Below are positions 1 through 13,043 of a stretch of DNA of 64,000 bases, piece after piece. Under the pieces are notes generated by a model, which saw nothing but the letters and a program-made list of their open reading frames with translations, did not search any database and was not told where the DNA came from. The DNA comes from Eledone cirrhosa. Taxonomy: Eukaryota. A program made the translations under genes and the position numbers. Numbering within the stretch: position 1 is the stretch's first letter; each line of letters opens with the position of its first letter. Location of the stretch: positions 284,084,001 to 284,148,000 of the forward strand of contig OZ024740.1 in the NCBI GenBank assembly GCA_964016885.1. Reading direction: 5' to 3'.

Positions 1-220
1 TGATAAAGGTATCAAATCAAACTACCCAAAAATAATAATTAAGGACTGGAAAAAACAAAAAACATGCCCACTGCTAGATAATGCAATCGCTTCTGACTAG
101 AATATTGCTCAAAATGAAGTGGAAAAACTGTTAAAATACAAGGATCTTGAAATTGAACTACACAAGCATGAAAGCAAAAACATCACTAATAATAACCAGA
201 TCATTGGGTGTATATATGAG
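1..220 (+). mobile_element. REL-endonuclease non-LTR retrotransposon fragment (R4/Dong-like)
   Basis: YPKIIIKDWKKQKTCPLLDNAIASD*NIAQNEVEKLLKYKDLEIEL, a decayed PD..D..K..KY motif. Confidence 0.65.
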
Positions 221-269
221 AGAAGGTGTGATATTTATGGCTTAAGGGAGCACAAGATTTACCAGTTAC

Positions 270-680
270 ATACTGTAAAGTGGTTGGTGATAGGAAGAGC
301 ATCCAGCCGTAGATAGCTTGCCAAACAAAGGGTTAAGAGGACCCTTTAGTTCTGTCAAGGACAGAACAGCCTCCCTAGTACTGGTGATCTACACAATAAA
401 TGCACCCAGTACACACTGTAAAGTGGTTGGTGTTAGGAAGGGTATCCAGCTTTAGAAAGCTTGCCAAACAAGGGGTTAGGAGGACCCTTAAGTTTATGTC
501 AAAAGACATGACAACTTCTCTGCACTCAATATGACTGTACATAGCAGGATATAGACCCCTTGGCCTGTCTGGGAGGTCAACAGCCACTGCTTCAGTACTG
601 AGTTGGTCTTTGTAGACCTGTGCAACCCTTGTTAACAAATAAATCAGATGTTAAATGATGATGATGATGATGATTATGAT
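270..680 (+). mobile_element. Older RTE-tailed SINE-like repeat with ~90-bp internal duplication
   Basis: actgtaaagtggttggtg..aggaag.g.atccagc occurs twice (272 and 415); (GAT)n tail. Confidence 0.65.
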
Positions 681-1627
681 CGTGGCGAACTGTATGTAAT
701 TACAACTTTATGGACTGTGACACTGAGAATTGATGTCTTAAGATGATACACTACACAGCACCTAAGATAGCATAGAAATTTATGATTCTGTGGTTGGTAG
801 TCAGTTACTCAAATGACTTAGTTATCAATAACCATTGTGAGAACTGACTCTCAAATTGAAATATCAATGTAGAAAAAATTATTTACTAACTAAATTAGGC
901 ACACAATGCTCATGGAATTTTCAATTGCTTATCCAATGCTGCAATGGCTTGAGACATATCTTCTGCATGATGCAAAATTGTTTTTCTTCTCTAGAATCTT
1001 TTTGCTGGTATATAATTCTGCATTTGAATTTGTTTGTGTATGTGGTTGCATATTTATGTTCATATTTCCATGTATTACATATAACTCTACATGTGCTACA
1101 TTCCATGATATATTTTACGTTGTTGTTTGGAGCATAGAAACAGAAAGATTCTTGCATAAAATCATAATGGAAGGTTTTAATTTAAATATGAAACACTTTA
1201 AAATAGGCAGTTTTCTATGGAAGAACCAGAGGTGGTCTCAGGTGATTTAGTATTAAAAGGGTTTAAATAAGTATAAAAGGGATTCCTTTAAATTAAGCCC
1301 TCTTGATTTCAAAATAAAATAAAATAGCTTTACAGTTATCTTCTGCAATGCTCTGATGAAATAATAAAGAGTCAACATCCAAATAAGCTGTTGAGAGATC
1401 ATCAAGGATTTTAGAAATACAGTATATGCTGAAAACGATAGTTGACATATCACTAATAAGCAAATGAAGTTTGGGATTTGGTTTTGTTGAAGCTTTAGAG
1501 GGAGGAGCAAGCTGGATTCAAGAATTAATAAGTGAATTAGTCAGTGTCAAAGAAGAGGAGATTAGTGAAAAAGAACTACAGTGAGCTGAGGTTCATGGCA
1601 CACAAACAATAATGGGGGATTCTCTAC

Positions 1628-1666
1628 CTTGGATTCAGTACTGTTCTTTGAATCCTTCATTACAAT
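1628..1666 (-). CDS. MCTP: Candidate 39-nt MCTP linker microexon (IVMKDSKNSTESK)
   Basis: Pyrimidine-rich acceptor ttttcatcctggcag|, donor AAG|gtagag; phase 0-0 and open, compatible with the preceding exon. Confidence 0.4.
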
Positions 1667-1747
1667 CTGCCAGGATGAAAAATAAAAATTAAAGAATAAA
1701 AAAAGAAAGTCTATCACAGTTTGATGTTTATATATACACACACACAC

Positions 1748-1778
<31 letters not shown>

Positions 1779-2621
1779 ATATTTAGTAACAAATATGAAA
1801 ATAATTACATATAAAAGAAATTTCTTACAGAAATTAATCCTGAAACTCAGAATGAGATAAGAAAAACTCATGTTTAATTAAAAAGACAAATTTTTAAAAG
1901 TATAATCCTTAATGTATGTAAAATATTCTATATTATGTACTGCATGCAGATTATGGAAATAAATTTATATCTAGTGTAATTACAAGCTGCCTAGATAGAT
2001 TGGCAAATTACAACCTAGAATAACAAATAAAAATATGCTCATAATATTGTGTCTGATAGTTGAACATTTTTCTATCCTCAAGGAAACACACAGGTTCAAA
2101 TCTAATATGCATACACATGTGTGTGCATACACAATTACTCCTCATTTCCTTTTCTGTTATGTACAGATTTGCATTCATTATATAAATATATCTGTTGAAA
2201 AATCTTTGCAATTTCAATCAATTTATGTGTGCATATGTGTGTAAACCTGTGTATGCATTTGCATGTTCATATGAATATGCAATTGCCTGGTTAATATGTA
2301 TTATGTAATTCAGTAACATTCACACTCCCATATAAAAACTTTCTCTTTCTTGTTTATTATATTTTCAAGCTGCAGGAAATAATACTATCTAGCAGAACAT
2401 ACCATTTACTCAAGTCACTTTGCTTGTTCTAAACTGAACTTCCTATAGCATTACATTGCTAAGATATAGTTACATTTGGATAGTATGTTTACAGCAATAT
2501 TTTTCAAGGAATTTAAAAATATGCTTCCGGATCCTGCCGTAGTAAAAAATAAAAAAATAAAAAATCTTGAAATCATACTGTTAAAGTTTACATTAAAATA
2601 TAAATAAAAACAATTACTTAC

Positions 2622-2730
2622 ATTTTCTTTGTCTGTTTGAGTTTTAGGAGTGAGAGTCAACTGTAATACAAGGTAGCCCATGTAAGCGGATTTTCCTTTT
2701 TCAGATAACATAACTTTCATTTCCTCAGTC
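2622..2730 (-). CDS. MCTP: MCTP exon: end of C2A (TEEMKVMLSEKGKSAYMGYLVLQLTLTPKTQTDKEN)
   Basis: Acceptor catttcag|, donor |gtaagt; 109 nt, phase 2 to 0. Completes the split GTG codon; G-x-L-x-L-x-L-T-L-T-P-K is the last C2 strand. Confidence 0.88.
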
Positions 2731-2882
2731 CTGAAATGTTTTAAGTTCAAGACAGTATGATTCAGATGGGTTGGGATTTTTATTACATTTTACAGAAATC
2801 AATTTGTAATTGTGTAAGACCATAATGGCTATGAGGTTGGACTACATTGTCAAGAGCAAGTCATTATTGTATTACATTTCAG

Positions 2883-3070
2883 GGTGGTGGATTGGCAGTA
2901 TCGGTAGAGAGTCGGACGCCATGCTTTCCAGCATAGTTACGTCCCTTTACGATCTGAGTTCAAATCCCGCCGAGGTTGACTTTGCCTTTCATCCTTACGG
3001 GGTCGATAAAATAAAGTACCAGTAATGCACTGGGTAATTTCTGGCCTTGTGCCTAAAGTAGAAACAATTA
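2883..3070 (+). mobile_element. SINE family A (tRNA-like A/B boxes), with 18-bp TSD
   Basis: ggattggcagtatcggtagag...gagttcaaatcccgccgagg...gataaaataaagtaccag...aacaattatt; TSD attattgtattacatttc. Confidence 0.9.
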
Positions 3071-3887
3071 TTGTATTACATTTCTGAGCAAGTAATTCTA
3101 CTCCAACTTCACAGTCAAGAAGTTATTGTAAAATTTCATTAGAATTAATTTTGGATTTATACTTTCATAATATCAAGCCATGGCTGTGTGGTTTATAATC
3201 TTGCTTTGCAGTTACATGGTTTTGTGTTCAATATACTGTGTAGCTCCTTGAGCAAGCATTTCTACTATAGCTTTGATTTGATCTATACTTTATGAGTGGA
3301 AATTGGTAGACAAAAACTGTGCATAAGTCTGTCATATACATAACTATAACCCTTAGTGTGCTTCATAGTTTGGTACTAAAAAAAAAAAAAGACTGGTTGA
3401 GCTATTTGAATACAGTTCTAGTAACAAAAAGCATTGAATGAGACTTTAGACAAATACTTTATTAATGTTTCTAAAAATAGATAAAACTAACTTTTGTTTC
3501 CACTTCCCCATTGTGTGTGCATATCCCAAAACATAGTCATTAGGCAGCACTGAAGATTTTCATCTTCATGCAGCATATCTAGTCATCCTGGAAAACCACA
3601 CCCTTTGAACAAAGCACAGTTATGTAATAAGTTATACACAGATTTCCACAGCCAATTTACACCAAGACAAACTAGATCATTAGTGAGTATCTTTGTTTGG
3701 TCTGGTAAACATTGCATTTTTAATGAGCAGACTCAATTCTTTGATCTTTCATCCAGTAAAACAACATTAGCTGAGATTTATCTATAAATCATAGTTTGTA
3801 AAATTACTATAACATATCAAAACTGATGTACAATATTAATAACTACATAGATAAACATTATTTTGAATAAAACAAATTCTAACTTAC

Positions 3888-4110
3888 ACATTAGGTTCCA
3901 ATGTGGTAAGGTCAATAGTGGCCGATCCCATTGAGTCATCATGCATTGCTCGATCATAATCAAATACCTTTATACTAAGTGGCTTTAAAATGTCTTCAAT
4001 TGGGATTGTAAATTTTTCCTCCCATCGAGGATTAAGGTTTTTATATATTATTCGGCTTTTATGATGTAGTTTACTATCGATTTTAAATTTGACATATGGA
4101 TCACTTGTTC
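3888..4110 (-). CDS. MCTP: MCTP exon: C2A core (GTSDPYVKFKIDSKLHHKSRIIYKNLNPRWEEKFTIPIEDILKPLSIKVFDYDRAMHDDSMGSATIDLTTLEPNV)
   Basis: Acceptor ttttttag|, donor |gtaagt; 223 nt, phase 1 to 2. Strong resemblance to MCTP1/2 C2A (SDPYVKF, KNLNPxWEE, VFDYD...DD.MG), with the Ca2+-binding aspartates retained. Confidence 0.93.
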
Positions 4111-5274
4111 CTAAAAAAAATAGAAGCCATTAATTGTTACATCACTCTACTTAATGTTACATTCAATAAAACCATTTAAAATAAAAATGTTATTTTATTA
4201 AATTATAAATCAATAAAATAAGACACTAAAAAATAACAGTAATACAAACAATAAAACTGATTTTTTAAAATCTTGTTTAAAGTATAGAGATAAAAGCACA
4301 TCAATTCATGTCATGTGTATCGTAATTGAAACATTGAAAGCTGCCATTTTTTACACTGTCTAGACTAATTTCAACTGTTTTTATTTTTTTAATTTTGCTG
4401 ATCTGTGATTACATTCACATCCAATTTACCAATGAGTTTATTGCAAAATCATTGAGTAAATTAGTTTAATTATATCCTAAATTCTGAGAGAGCAAATCTA
4501 TTGGAGCATTCAGTTAATGTATTTCTGAAATGTTTTATGTAAAACAGTACAAAATTCCCCCAAAATTTCTAAAGTGTTTCAGCTGAGATTTTAGCTTGTA
4601 TATTTTTTCTTATGACAAAAACAAGAAAACAAAACAAAAACAAAGGTTAAGTGTAAAATTAGAGAGACAATAATTTGATAGTAAGAATACCAAATCTAAT
4701 TGACTAATATTGATTTTGTTTTGAATTTTTATGTCTATAATTGACCACCTGATTTTAAATCTTGCCAAAATTAACAAAACATGAATGTGTAGCATAGGAT
4801 AGATAACTGTATATGGTAGGTTACAGTTATACACCCAGAAGCCCCTTTAGCAGGAACTGACAAAGGTTGCCAAAAAGAATAACTGCTTTAAGCTATGTGT
4901 AAGGCAGACCTTTCAGTTTTCAAGTGGTTCTTTAATCATAGCGCAGTTTGATCAGAACATACAAAGAAAGGTAAGTTTCAATTAGAAACTATCGTACTTT
5001 TCCAATATCTCAACTAAGAAACACCATAATTACACCTGGTCAAATTAAAATCTTTACTTCAAATATTTTACTGATTCTAATTAACAGAAAATAAACTTAA
5101 GTAGAATTTGATTTTAAAACTGTAAGAATCTGGTGATGTGAAGAATTGGTTCTATCATTCTGCCATTGTACCTTTATTTCAAAATACCCCATTCAGAATT
5201 GTAACACACAGTTAAACTAGAGCTATGAAGTACTTAAGGTCAGCAGTTTATCATTGAGTCTTTCTTCCATATAT

Positions 5275-5619
5275 CAGACCTGTCAACTCCTCCCAGTCGG
5301 TTGGGCAGACCTCCCACCCACTTCTGGGTGGGTGAAAGATGTCTTCTCTTGTGAAAATGGGTGTGGATTGGCAGTATCGGTAGAGGGTCGGACGCCATGC
5401 TTTCCAGCATAGTTACGTCCCTTTACGATCTGAGTTCAAATCCCGCCGAGGTTGACTTTGCCTTTCATCCTTACGGGGTAGATAAAATAAAGTACCAGTA
5501 ATGCACTGGGTAATTGCTGGCCTTGTGCCTAAAGTAGAAACAATTATGTAAAATCTCCCCATTTTGGGGCATTTTTTCATGGTACTCCCCATTTGGGATT
5601 TTAGAGGTTGGCAGGTCTG
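5275..5619. mobile_element. MITE (TIR CAGACCTG.CAAC) with nested SINE
   Basis: TIR cagacctgtcaac / gttggcaggtctg; flanks atatat/atatac; homologous to 27473-27667. Confidence 0.75.
5363..5547 (+). mobile_element. SINE family A
   Basis: Same consensus; shares diagnostic variants with the 2883 copy. Confidence 0.9.
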
Positions 5620-7203
5620 ATATACTCTTCAGGATTAGATTAATGTTTTTATTTTTTCTGGAATTTGTTTTGTTGCTCCATCCCACACATTCTTGCTCAT
5701 TAACAGAAGTTCTCTTCTGGTAGTCTTAATTAGTTGCATGTTCTATGTTTTCCCAATGTATGTTGACAAACTTCAGATCCCTGCTGAAAGTTTTGACCTG
5801 AAGTGTCCTCTTCTTCATACATCTCAATGCTTATTTTTCATGCTGATGATCTGACTGTTACATGACATGAGCACCCAGTTATATCCTATACTATAACCAT
5901 TTCTTGAAATATTCACCACAATGTCATTTTATTGATCTCTTAAGTCTTGGTGAAATGAATAAAACTAATTTATAAGAAAGGACATCCGAAATGTGAATAT
6001 CTTAGAAATAAAATCAATAATGCTACCATATTTCAAAACTACAGTAATAGGCAGCACACATTTTTTTTAGGAACTTATCTAAGAGATAGATTTTGATAAG
6101 AGCATACAGAGTTCTATAGTCCAAGTGTTGTGGTATATTTTGGGTTGGTACAGTTGAAATCAATAACACCTTTTCAATAGTTAGCTTATAATTTCACTGT
6201 TACAGTAGGTTAATTATGAATAATATTTGTATATTAAATCCACGTTTTCTTTTATTGTCAATTTAAATTTATACACCAAAAGATTAAGTAAAATTGAGAA
6301 CGATTCTCTGTCTATCTGGCTGTGAGTGTGTTCTCTTCTCTTTCGCATATTATTAAAGTACCCTTTTTTTTTCTAAAATGCTACTGCAACATATTTAATA
6401 CACAAAACTCACTAAAGTGGCCTTGATTTAGCTCTGCATCTAAAATTGATCTCTCCAAAAGTAAAACATTTTCCATGTGCATATGATACATCAGTTTCTA
6501 AGCTCCATGTTTGACAGAAATTTGTATATTGTCGAGTGGCTTCATTTCTATTTCCAGAGTTAGGCAGTGAATGACATAAGTATTAAAGTATCAAGCAAAA
6601 TGGATTATAGCATTAAGTTATATTCCTTTACACTCTGAATTCAACTCCTGCCAGGGAAAACTTTACTTTTCATTATTCTGGAGTTGATGAAAAAAAATGT
6701 ACCAGTGAAGTATTGGGGTTGATTTAATTGACTATATCTACCCAAACTTATAACAAGGACTTATTGTTTCGCCTTTAGATACTTAGAAGACAGTAAATTG
6801 GGATTAAATGCCTTGCAGTACTTGTTCTGGTTCTTTGTATTTTGAGTACAACTGCTGCCAAATCAAGTTTGCATTTTGAGTTCAATAAATGAAGTACCAA
6901 TGAAGGGTGATAGATTGTTAGAATTGTGGATGAGAGGTCTTGCAGTATCTGCTCTGGCATTGCATGTTCTGAGTTCAAATCACACCACACAAGGCCAGTT
7001 AAACTTATGTTAGTGTGTGCCACAATAACCTTAGGTAATTTTTTTTAACTTGATAATTTCACAATGAGAAGTCTATCCATAAATCCTCTTTAAAAACTCT
7101 TCAAGCTGATTGTTTCATTTCAAGCAATTTGAGATAGCCAGCTGTAAGTAACATTTCTTTGAAGTTGAAATTATTCTTTACGTATCTAAGATATATTCCT
7201 TAA

Positions 7204-7414
7204 CCCTTTAGAATTTACATTATTCTATATTTTCTATTATATTTTCATGGTAAACTATCTCACATAATATCGAATCTATGGAATTTTGATATTTATTTTG
7301 AGAACAATATTATTCATTTTGAGAACATCTGTATGAGTGGCCGGTTACAGCCAGTTTGAACAGAAAGCGGTGAGAGAATTCTGGTTGGATATGGCCGGTT
7401 TAAATGCTAAAGGG
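7204..7414. mobile_element. piggyBac-like MITE (TTAA TSD)
   Basis: ttaa|ccctttagaattta ... taaatgctaaaggg|ttaa; same family as 9367, 43615 and a partial copy at ~41010-41185. Confidence 0.8.
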
Positions 7415-9366
7415 TTAATGGATTCTGTAAAAATGATATCCTAATTTTAATAAGAGTAAGCAGTCAATTTTACTACAAGAAAAGAGGTATACATTTTTCT
7501 TCTGGAATATTCTTAAGTTTTAACTTTATACAGAATTGGATAATCTATTAAGCTGCCAAAGTTGAATTATGGTTCAGAGACTTTGTCGCCATTCCTATAT
7601 TTCAACATGATACTATTGAGTAGTAAATATTTTATTAACTAATCCAACTTATATACGATTTACACAGGATTATACTAAATATATATATAAGATATCTAAT
7701 GTCATGCAGTGTTGTGGTGCAATTTTCTTCGCAATGAAAGCAATGAATAATATTTTGATATATAAACACAATGGGTTTATGCATATAGCAGTTCCACAAT
7801 AAAACACACCTGTACAAGCAGTGAAGCAGGTGGAATTAAAAAGAACATCCAGATGTAGAAACTGTGCCATAATGGAATGTATGAGTGAGAGACAATCATT
7901 TGATCTGTCTAGCTTCAGATCATGACAACTTGCCTAATCAATGCAAGCATGGATAACAGACAGAAAATGATAATATAATTATATATATATATATGAGCAA
8001 GACATGGTCACCTGACCTGGCATTTCTTACAACAAGACAACTTGTTTAACTGGTGCTAGCATGGAAAATGGATGTTAAATGGTGATGATGATTATGATGA
8101 TGATGCATATGATATTCTTGCTTATTAATGTAGAAGTTTCACGAAGGCAATATGCCAAATATTTATGGGAGAATGGTTATATACCATTGTATCCAATCCA
8201 GAACATTTTTGGCAATTACTTTATTGACTCTGGAGCTATGAAAAGCAAAGACATCTCTGGTGGGATTTGAAGTCAGAATGTAACGGTTCATAACTAAATA
8301 TCACTCATAATTCTGTATCTCATTACCCTATTTATTATGTTTGTTTTTTAAATCCAACCCTCTTACCACCTCATGTTAACTAAACCAGCCTATGATTTAT
8401 AACACAGAGTTCACCTCGCATTCATTAAAATCAACACAAGAAAATATAACAAATATCACATATACATTTCTGTTACCCTACACCATGCTATATAGCAGAT
8501 TTATTTTTTTTAACTCTAGCTACTTAAGAGTTTTCTTCTCTAATAGAAATCCACCATCAGATATATCTTAACAAAAGACACACTGGCCAGTTAATAAAAA
8601 CACTCTTGACTAAAAGCAAAATGCAACATAACGTAGCAAATCTCCTTCAAGTCAGACTCTAAACTACTTTCTTAAAAAAGAAGAATGTCCAATTGTATAA
8701 TGTATTTTTTGATACAATATATCAGTAAAAACGATGGAATGGGTACAGCTGAAATGCATTTTATAATAAATCTGCTAGATCAAAGCTGATCTAGAAATAA
8801 ACAACAAAATTGAACAGTGTTGGAATTTCTTTAGAGCCCATGAAACTTATTTTATGTAACCCCTTCATGGACAAATAGCATTTTTATTAAGGATCAATAA
8901 TAAAGAGAAACCACATTGATTTGTGTTGGATTTTGTTTTTAATCTGTATATCTTCTGTTAAAAGATATATGATCAAGAAGTGAGCATATTCATATTACAG
9001 TATTTAAAAAAGGAAAGTAAATTGATGTGAGCAGTGCTGTTCAGTTGCCAATTCTTCTTCAGATAATGTCAAACCAATATTAACCCTTTTCAAAACCGTC
9101 TGGGGTGCTATGAAACAAAACCAGCTATTTTAAAGGGTTTCCACATAATTTTATATAAGAAACGCAAAGATTATTAATAATTTAAGTAAATCCCTTAAAA
9201 TATTTCATTATTTTAATCGAAATAAAGCATATCAATATCAATTTTTATACAAATTTCAAATGCAATCATAAATGTATTTAATGATGGAAAATTGATGCTT
9301 AAATTCTCTTCCAGAGTTCTCAAATACAAGAGGAGTCATTTCTTTTATGTTGGTTTTATGTATTAA

Positions 9367-9574
9367 CCCTTTAGCATTTAAACCAGCCATATCCAGCCGG
9401 AATTCTCTCACTTCTTTCTGTTCAAACTGGCTGTAACCAGCCACCCGTATTGACGTTAAGGTATTGTTCTCAAAATAAATAATATCAAAATCTCATAGTT
9501 TTGATATTATGTGAGGTAAAGCCTTTACGATAAAGATACAATAGTATATATAAAGTAATGTAAATGCTAAAGAG
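9367..9574. mobile_element. piggyBac-like MITE (TTAA TSD)
   Basis: ttaa|ccctttagcattta ... taaatgctaaagag|ttaa. Confidence 0.8.
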
Positions 9575-10239
9575 TTAAGAAAAACATTTCAAAGTTACCT
9601 TCTTTAACACTGTCTTTCCATATCAAGACTAATTTCTTTAAATAAGATAGTCTTCAAAAGCTTGAATTTTATGAAATTGGCAATTTCAACAACTTGATCT
9701 TATACTTTCTTTAAATTCAACTGTTCACATTTTAAAAATAAATATCTACCTATCTTAATAACATTAGTATTTTGCTGTTTTGCAAAGTCTTTCATAGATC
9801 CTATCATAAATGGAGCTTCAGTACCTTGTTAGCATAACATCCATAAATATTTCAATGTTTTAAACAGCTAAACTGTCAAAGCCAGCCTGACCTCCTATAT
9901 TGCACAGCATTTCTCTGCAGCATAAAAAAAACAGACATATAGTCTGCTTTCTATCAATAAAACAAATAGATATAAATGTACTTTGTTACTAATGTCAGTA
10001 GATTTGTCAAATTCTGAATTCACATGTGTTCTTCTATAACAACTGACAGGTTTATAACACATCAATGAACTGCATTATTTGAGAGAAGAACTGAGATTAT
10101 TTCTTGTTATGATTTATTTCTTAACATGGTTTTATTCATCTTTCTGCATGCAGGCAAAAATAGTCGAGTAAAACAGAGGGTTGCTAACCACCTCGTTTAT
10201 CTAGGATTTGTCACTTATTTGATGATACTGTCCTCTGTC

Positions 10240-10830
10240 GATCTCATATTCTAAGAAATGTGCACAAATTGCAGATGATATTTTTTTCAATTGATGTTGA
10301 AGTAATTGTAATGAAACTGTACGACTTGAAAAAATAAATAATTTTTGTGATTTTGTTGACATTCAATATTCTTCAGTTCTTTCACACTATACAACTTACT
10401 GACTCTTTTTAATGAATGCAATGGAGAGAATCTCCACTTTATTCGAAACACTGAAATCCTACTTTAATTCCAAAGAAAATTCCCTGAAAATTCTTCATGA
10501 TTTTCTCTATAATCCATTGAGTGAATCTTACATATTTCTTGTTCACAGTTTTTAAAACCTTTTTATGAATAGGATTATACAAATTAAAAAAAAAATTAAA
10601 CTGTGTTATTAAGGTACTTCATTATTTAAAAGAACTCGTTAAGTGTGCAAAAGAAAGGATTAGTGAAAGTTCATCCCTCTTGCTTTAATAGTAATGACAT
10701 TATGTTTGAACAGAAAATGAAATTCCAACTGAATTACAGCAATTGCAGTGACTGTTTTATGAAGTTGATTTCATCTCTTGCAGAATTTGATGGCTTGACA
10801 TGATATTACTAAATAATCTTTCCCACCACA
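10240..10830 (+). pseudogene. Fossil hAT-family transposase fragment
   Basis: HIL.KCAQIADDI..IDVEVIVMKLY then LEKINNFCDFVDIQYSSVLSHYTTY*LFLMNAMERISTLFETLKSYF, a decayed H..TRWLSL motif; contains frameshifts. Confidence 0.6.
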
Positions 10831-10849
10831 GAAACAAGTGAAATCACCA

Positions 10850-11160
10850 CATCTTTTTCTTCTTCGTCCACTTATTTCTGAAAGGGTCTTGTCAGAAGCA
10901 ACCATCTCCAAATGATTTGGCTGGATCCCCAAGCATGACCAGCCAAGCTCATGGATTTTATCGAACCATCATGCTTGGGTCACTTTCCAGTTGGTTTTGC
11001 CCATAAAATCTGTCCAGCGATTCTTTCCTGAGACATTCTAACCACATGCCCATAGTATCGGAGCTGTGATCTCTCAATTCAGAGAAGTAGCAGCTCTACC
11101 TGGAGTGACTCTCTGATCTCCAAGCTACACACTTTATCAAGTAACGTTACTTCATCACAT
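10850..11160 (-). mobile_element. RTE-type LINE 3' fragment with (GAA) tail
   Basis: VTLLDKVCSLEIRESLQVELLLL*IERSQLRYYGHVVRMSQER; a related 3' end lies at ~28095-28265 (+). Confidence 0.75.
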
Positions 11161-11682
11161 GAAGTGTTAAATACAGAATCTGCACAGTGCAATTTAATAT
11201 TTCTTTATACTTTTTAGTAGCATTTTCTAAAGTTATTCATTTGAATCAAAAACAAAATAAAATATTCAATTTTCATTTTTTTATTTTCATTCTGTATCCA
11301 AATGTTCATATAATAAATAGCAGACATGAACCACTCCTTTAAACCTACTCTGAGATTAGTTTGGTAATATATTTACAGTTATATTTTGTATCATAATAAG
11401 ATTTTATATTTAGAATTTCAGTTTGTATTTCAAGTTCTGTCTTAAGTATGATGATTTTACATTTTGTGGCATATTTAGTTACATCTTGTGGTACATTAAT
11501 GTGGCACATTGCACAATTAAGAACCACTGCCCTAGATGCGCCTTTAGAAATCACTGCTTGTTCTAGTAATTCTTTATTTTCTTCAATAAATTAGATTATT
11601 GGATTTCTAATCTCATAGAAATGGATGACAACTACAAAAGAACAAATTCCGGAAAATTCCTAATCTGCTAGCTTAAATAAAT

Positions 11683-11743
<61 letters not shown>

Positions 11744-11946
11744 ATGTTTGGAAAATGATTACAAGCTTAAGTGAAATCAACAAGTGAAAGAAAAGAAACA
11801 TGGAACCTAAGCATAGTTATAATCCTTTACAGTTTAAACCAGGACTGTGTTGACATTTTATAGCTGAATAGTTAAGGAGTTCACTTTCTAATCATTAGGT
11901 TCTGGGTTCGATCCTACGACATGTCATTTTGGGCAAGTGTCATTTA

Positions 11947-12401
11947 CCATCGCCTTAAATCCAGGAAAAGTTTCCTAAAGAGCATCACACCCTTTGGAAC
12001 ATCAAGCATAAGTAGTGAAAGAGCCACTCGCTGGAAAGAAAAACTTAACAACCTCCCATCTGTAACAACAATAGAGCTAAAGGTGAGCAAGGCACTGCCC
12101 CTCGGAGCAGATACAAACTATGCAGTGTGGAAATGCTTCAACAGATTAAGATCTGGTATTGGTTGTGCAAAAGTCAACCTGGCAAAATGGGGATATTTAA
12201 AGGATGGGGACGTTGTGTGTAGCTGTGGCATCAAACCACAGACTATGCATCACCTCCTGATATGCCCCCTGCTAGGACACCCCTGCACAGCATTGGGCTT
12301 GGCAGTCTTTAATGAGAAAGGGCAGCAATGTGTTCAGTTGTAGGGTAACCGCATCTAGCCAAACTTTGTAGTTGACACCCTTGTGGACACGATAAGAAGA
12401 A
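11947..12401 (+). mobile_element. Vingi/Ingi-like LINE 3' fragment inserted in a SINE
   Basis: HRLKSRKSF...WKCFNRLRSGIG...KWG...CSCG...QTMHHLLICP (CCHC), aagaagaa tail; SINE halves lie on both sides. Confidence 0.7.
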
Positions 12402-12697
12402 TGTAGGGTCAATCCATGCCTTGTGGGTAAAACAGGGTAGATGGAAACTAATCAGAAGACCATCAGATGGATTATACCTGTAATACCTTGTAATACCCTG
12501 CATTATACCTGTAATACCTTGTAATACACTGCATTATACTGAATCTCTCTGAAAATTACAGCAAGAGTACATGTGTCTGTGGAATGCTTAGCCACATACA
12601 TTAATTTCACAAGCCGGCTGCTCCCTTAATAAAACAATGGTAACATACATCACCTGAGCACTGTACACAATAATTTCCATTATCATCATTATTATTA

Positions 12698-12890
12698 GGG
12701 CAGTGGATTGGCAGTATCGGTGGAGGGTCAGATGCCATGCTTTGTAGTATAGAGTTACGGCCCTTTATGGTCTGAGTTCAAATCCCTGCGAGGTTAACTT
12801 TGCTTTTCATCCTTACGGAATCGGTAAAATAAAGTACCAGTAATACACTGGGATAATTGCTGGCCTTGTGCCAAGAGTAGAAACAATTAT
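12698..12890 (+). mobile_element. SINE family A
   Basis: Same consensus. Confidence 0.9.
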
Positions 12891-12982
12891 TAATATTATT
12901 ATAAAAAATAGAACACTCATTGTTGAGGGTTCACATTCCAAACCAAGATTGGGAATTTTGATACAAGATATTTCCCTTCTAT

Positions 12983-13009
12983 GAGTGTGTGTGTGTGTGT
13001 GTGTGTCTA

Positions 13010-13043
<34 letters not shown>

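Noticed and set aside
856-1510. Short hydrophobic ORFs as genes
   Set aside because: AT-rich intronic sequence with no domain motifs or convincing splice signals.
2883-3070. tRNA genes suggested by A/B-box motifs (gagttcaaatcc)
   Set aside because: These are SINE heads with no full cloverleaf, followed by SINE body and TSDs.
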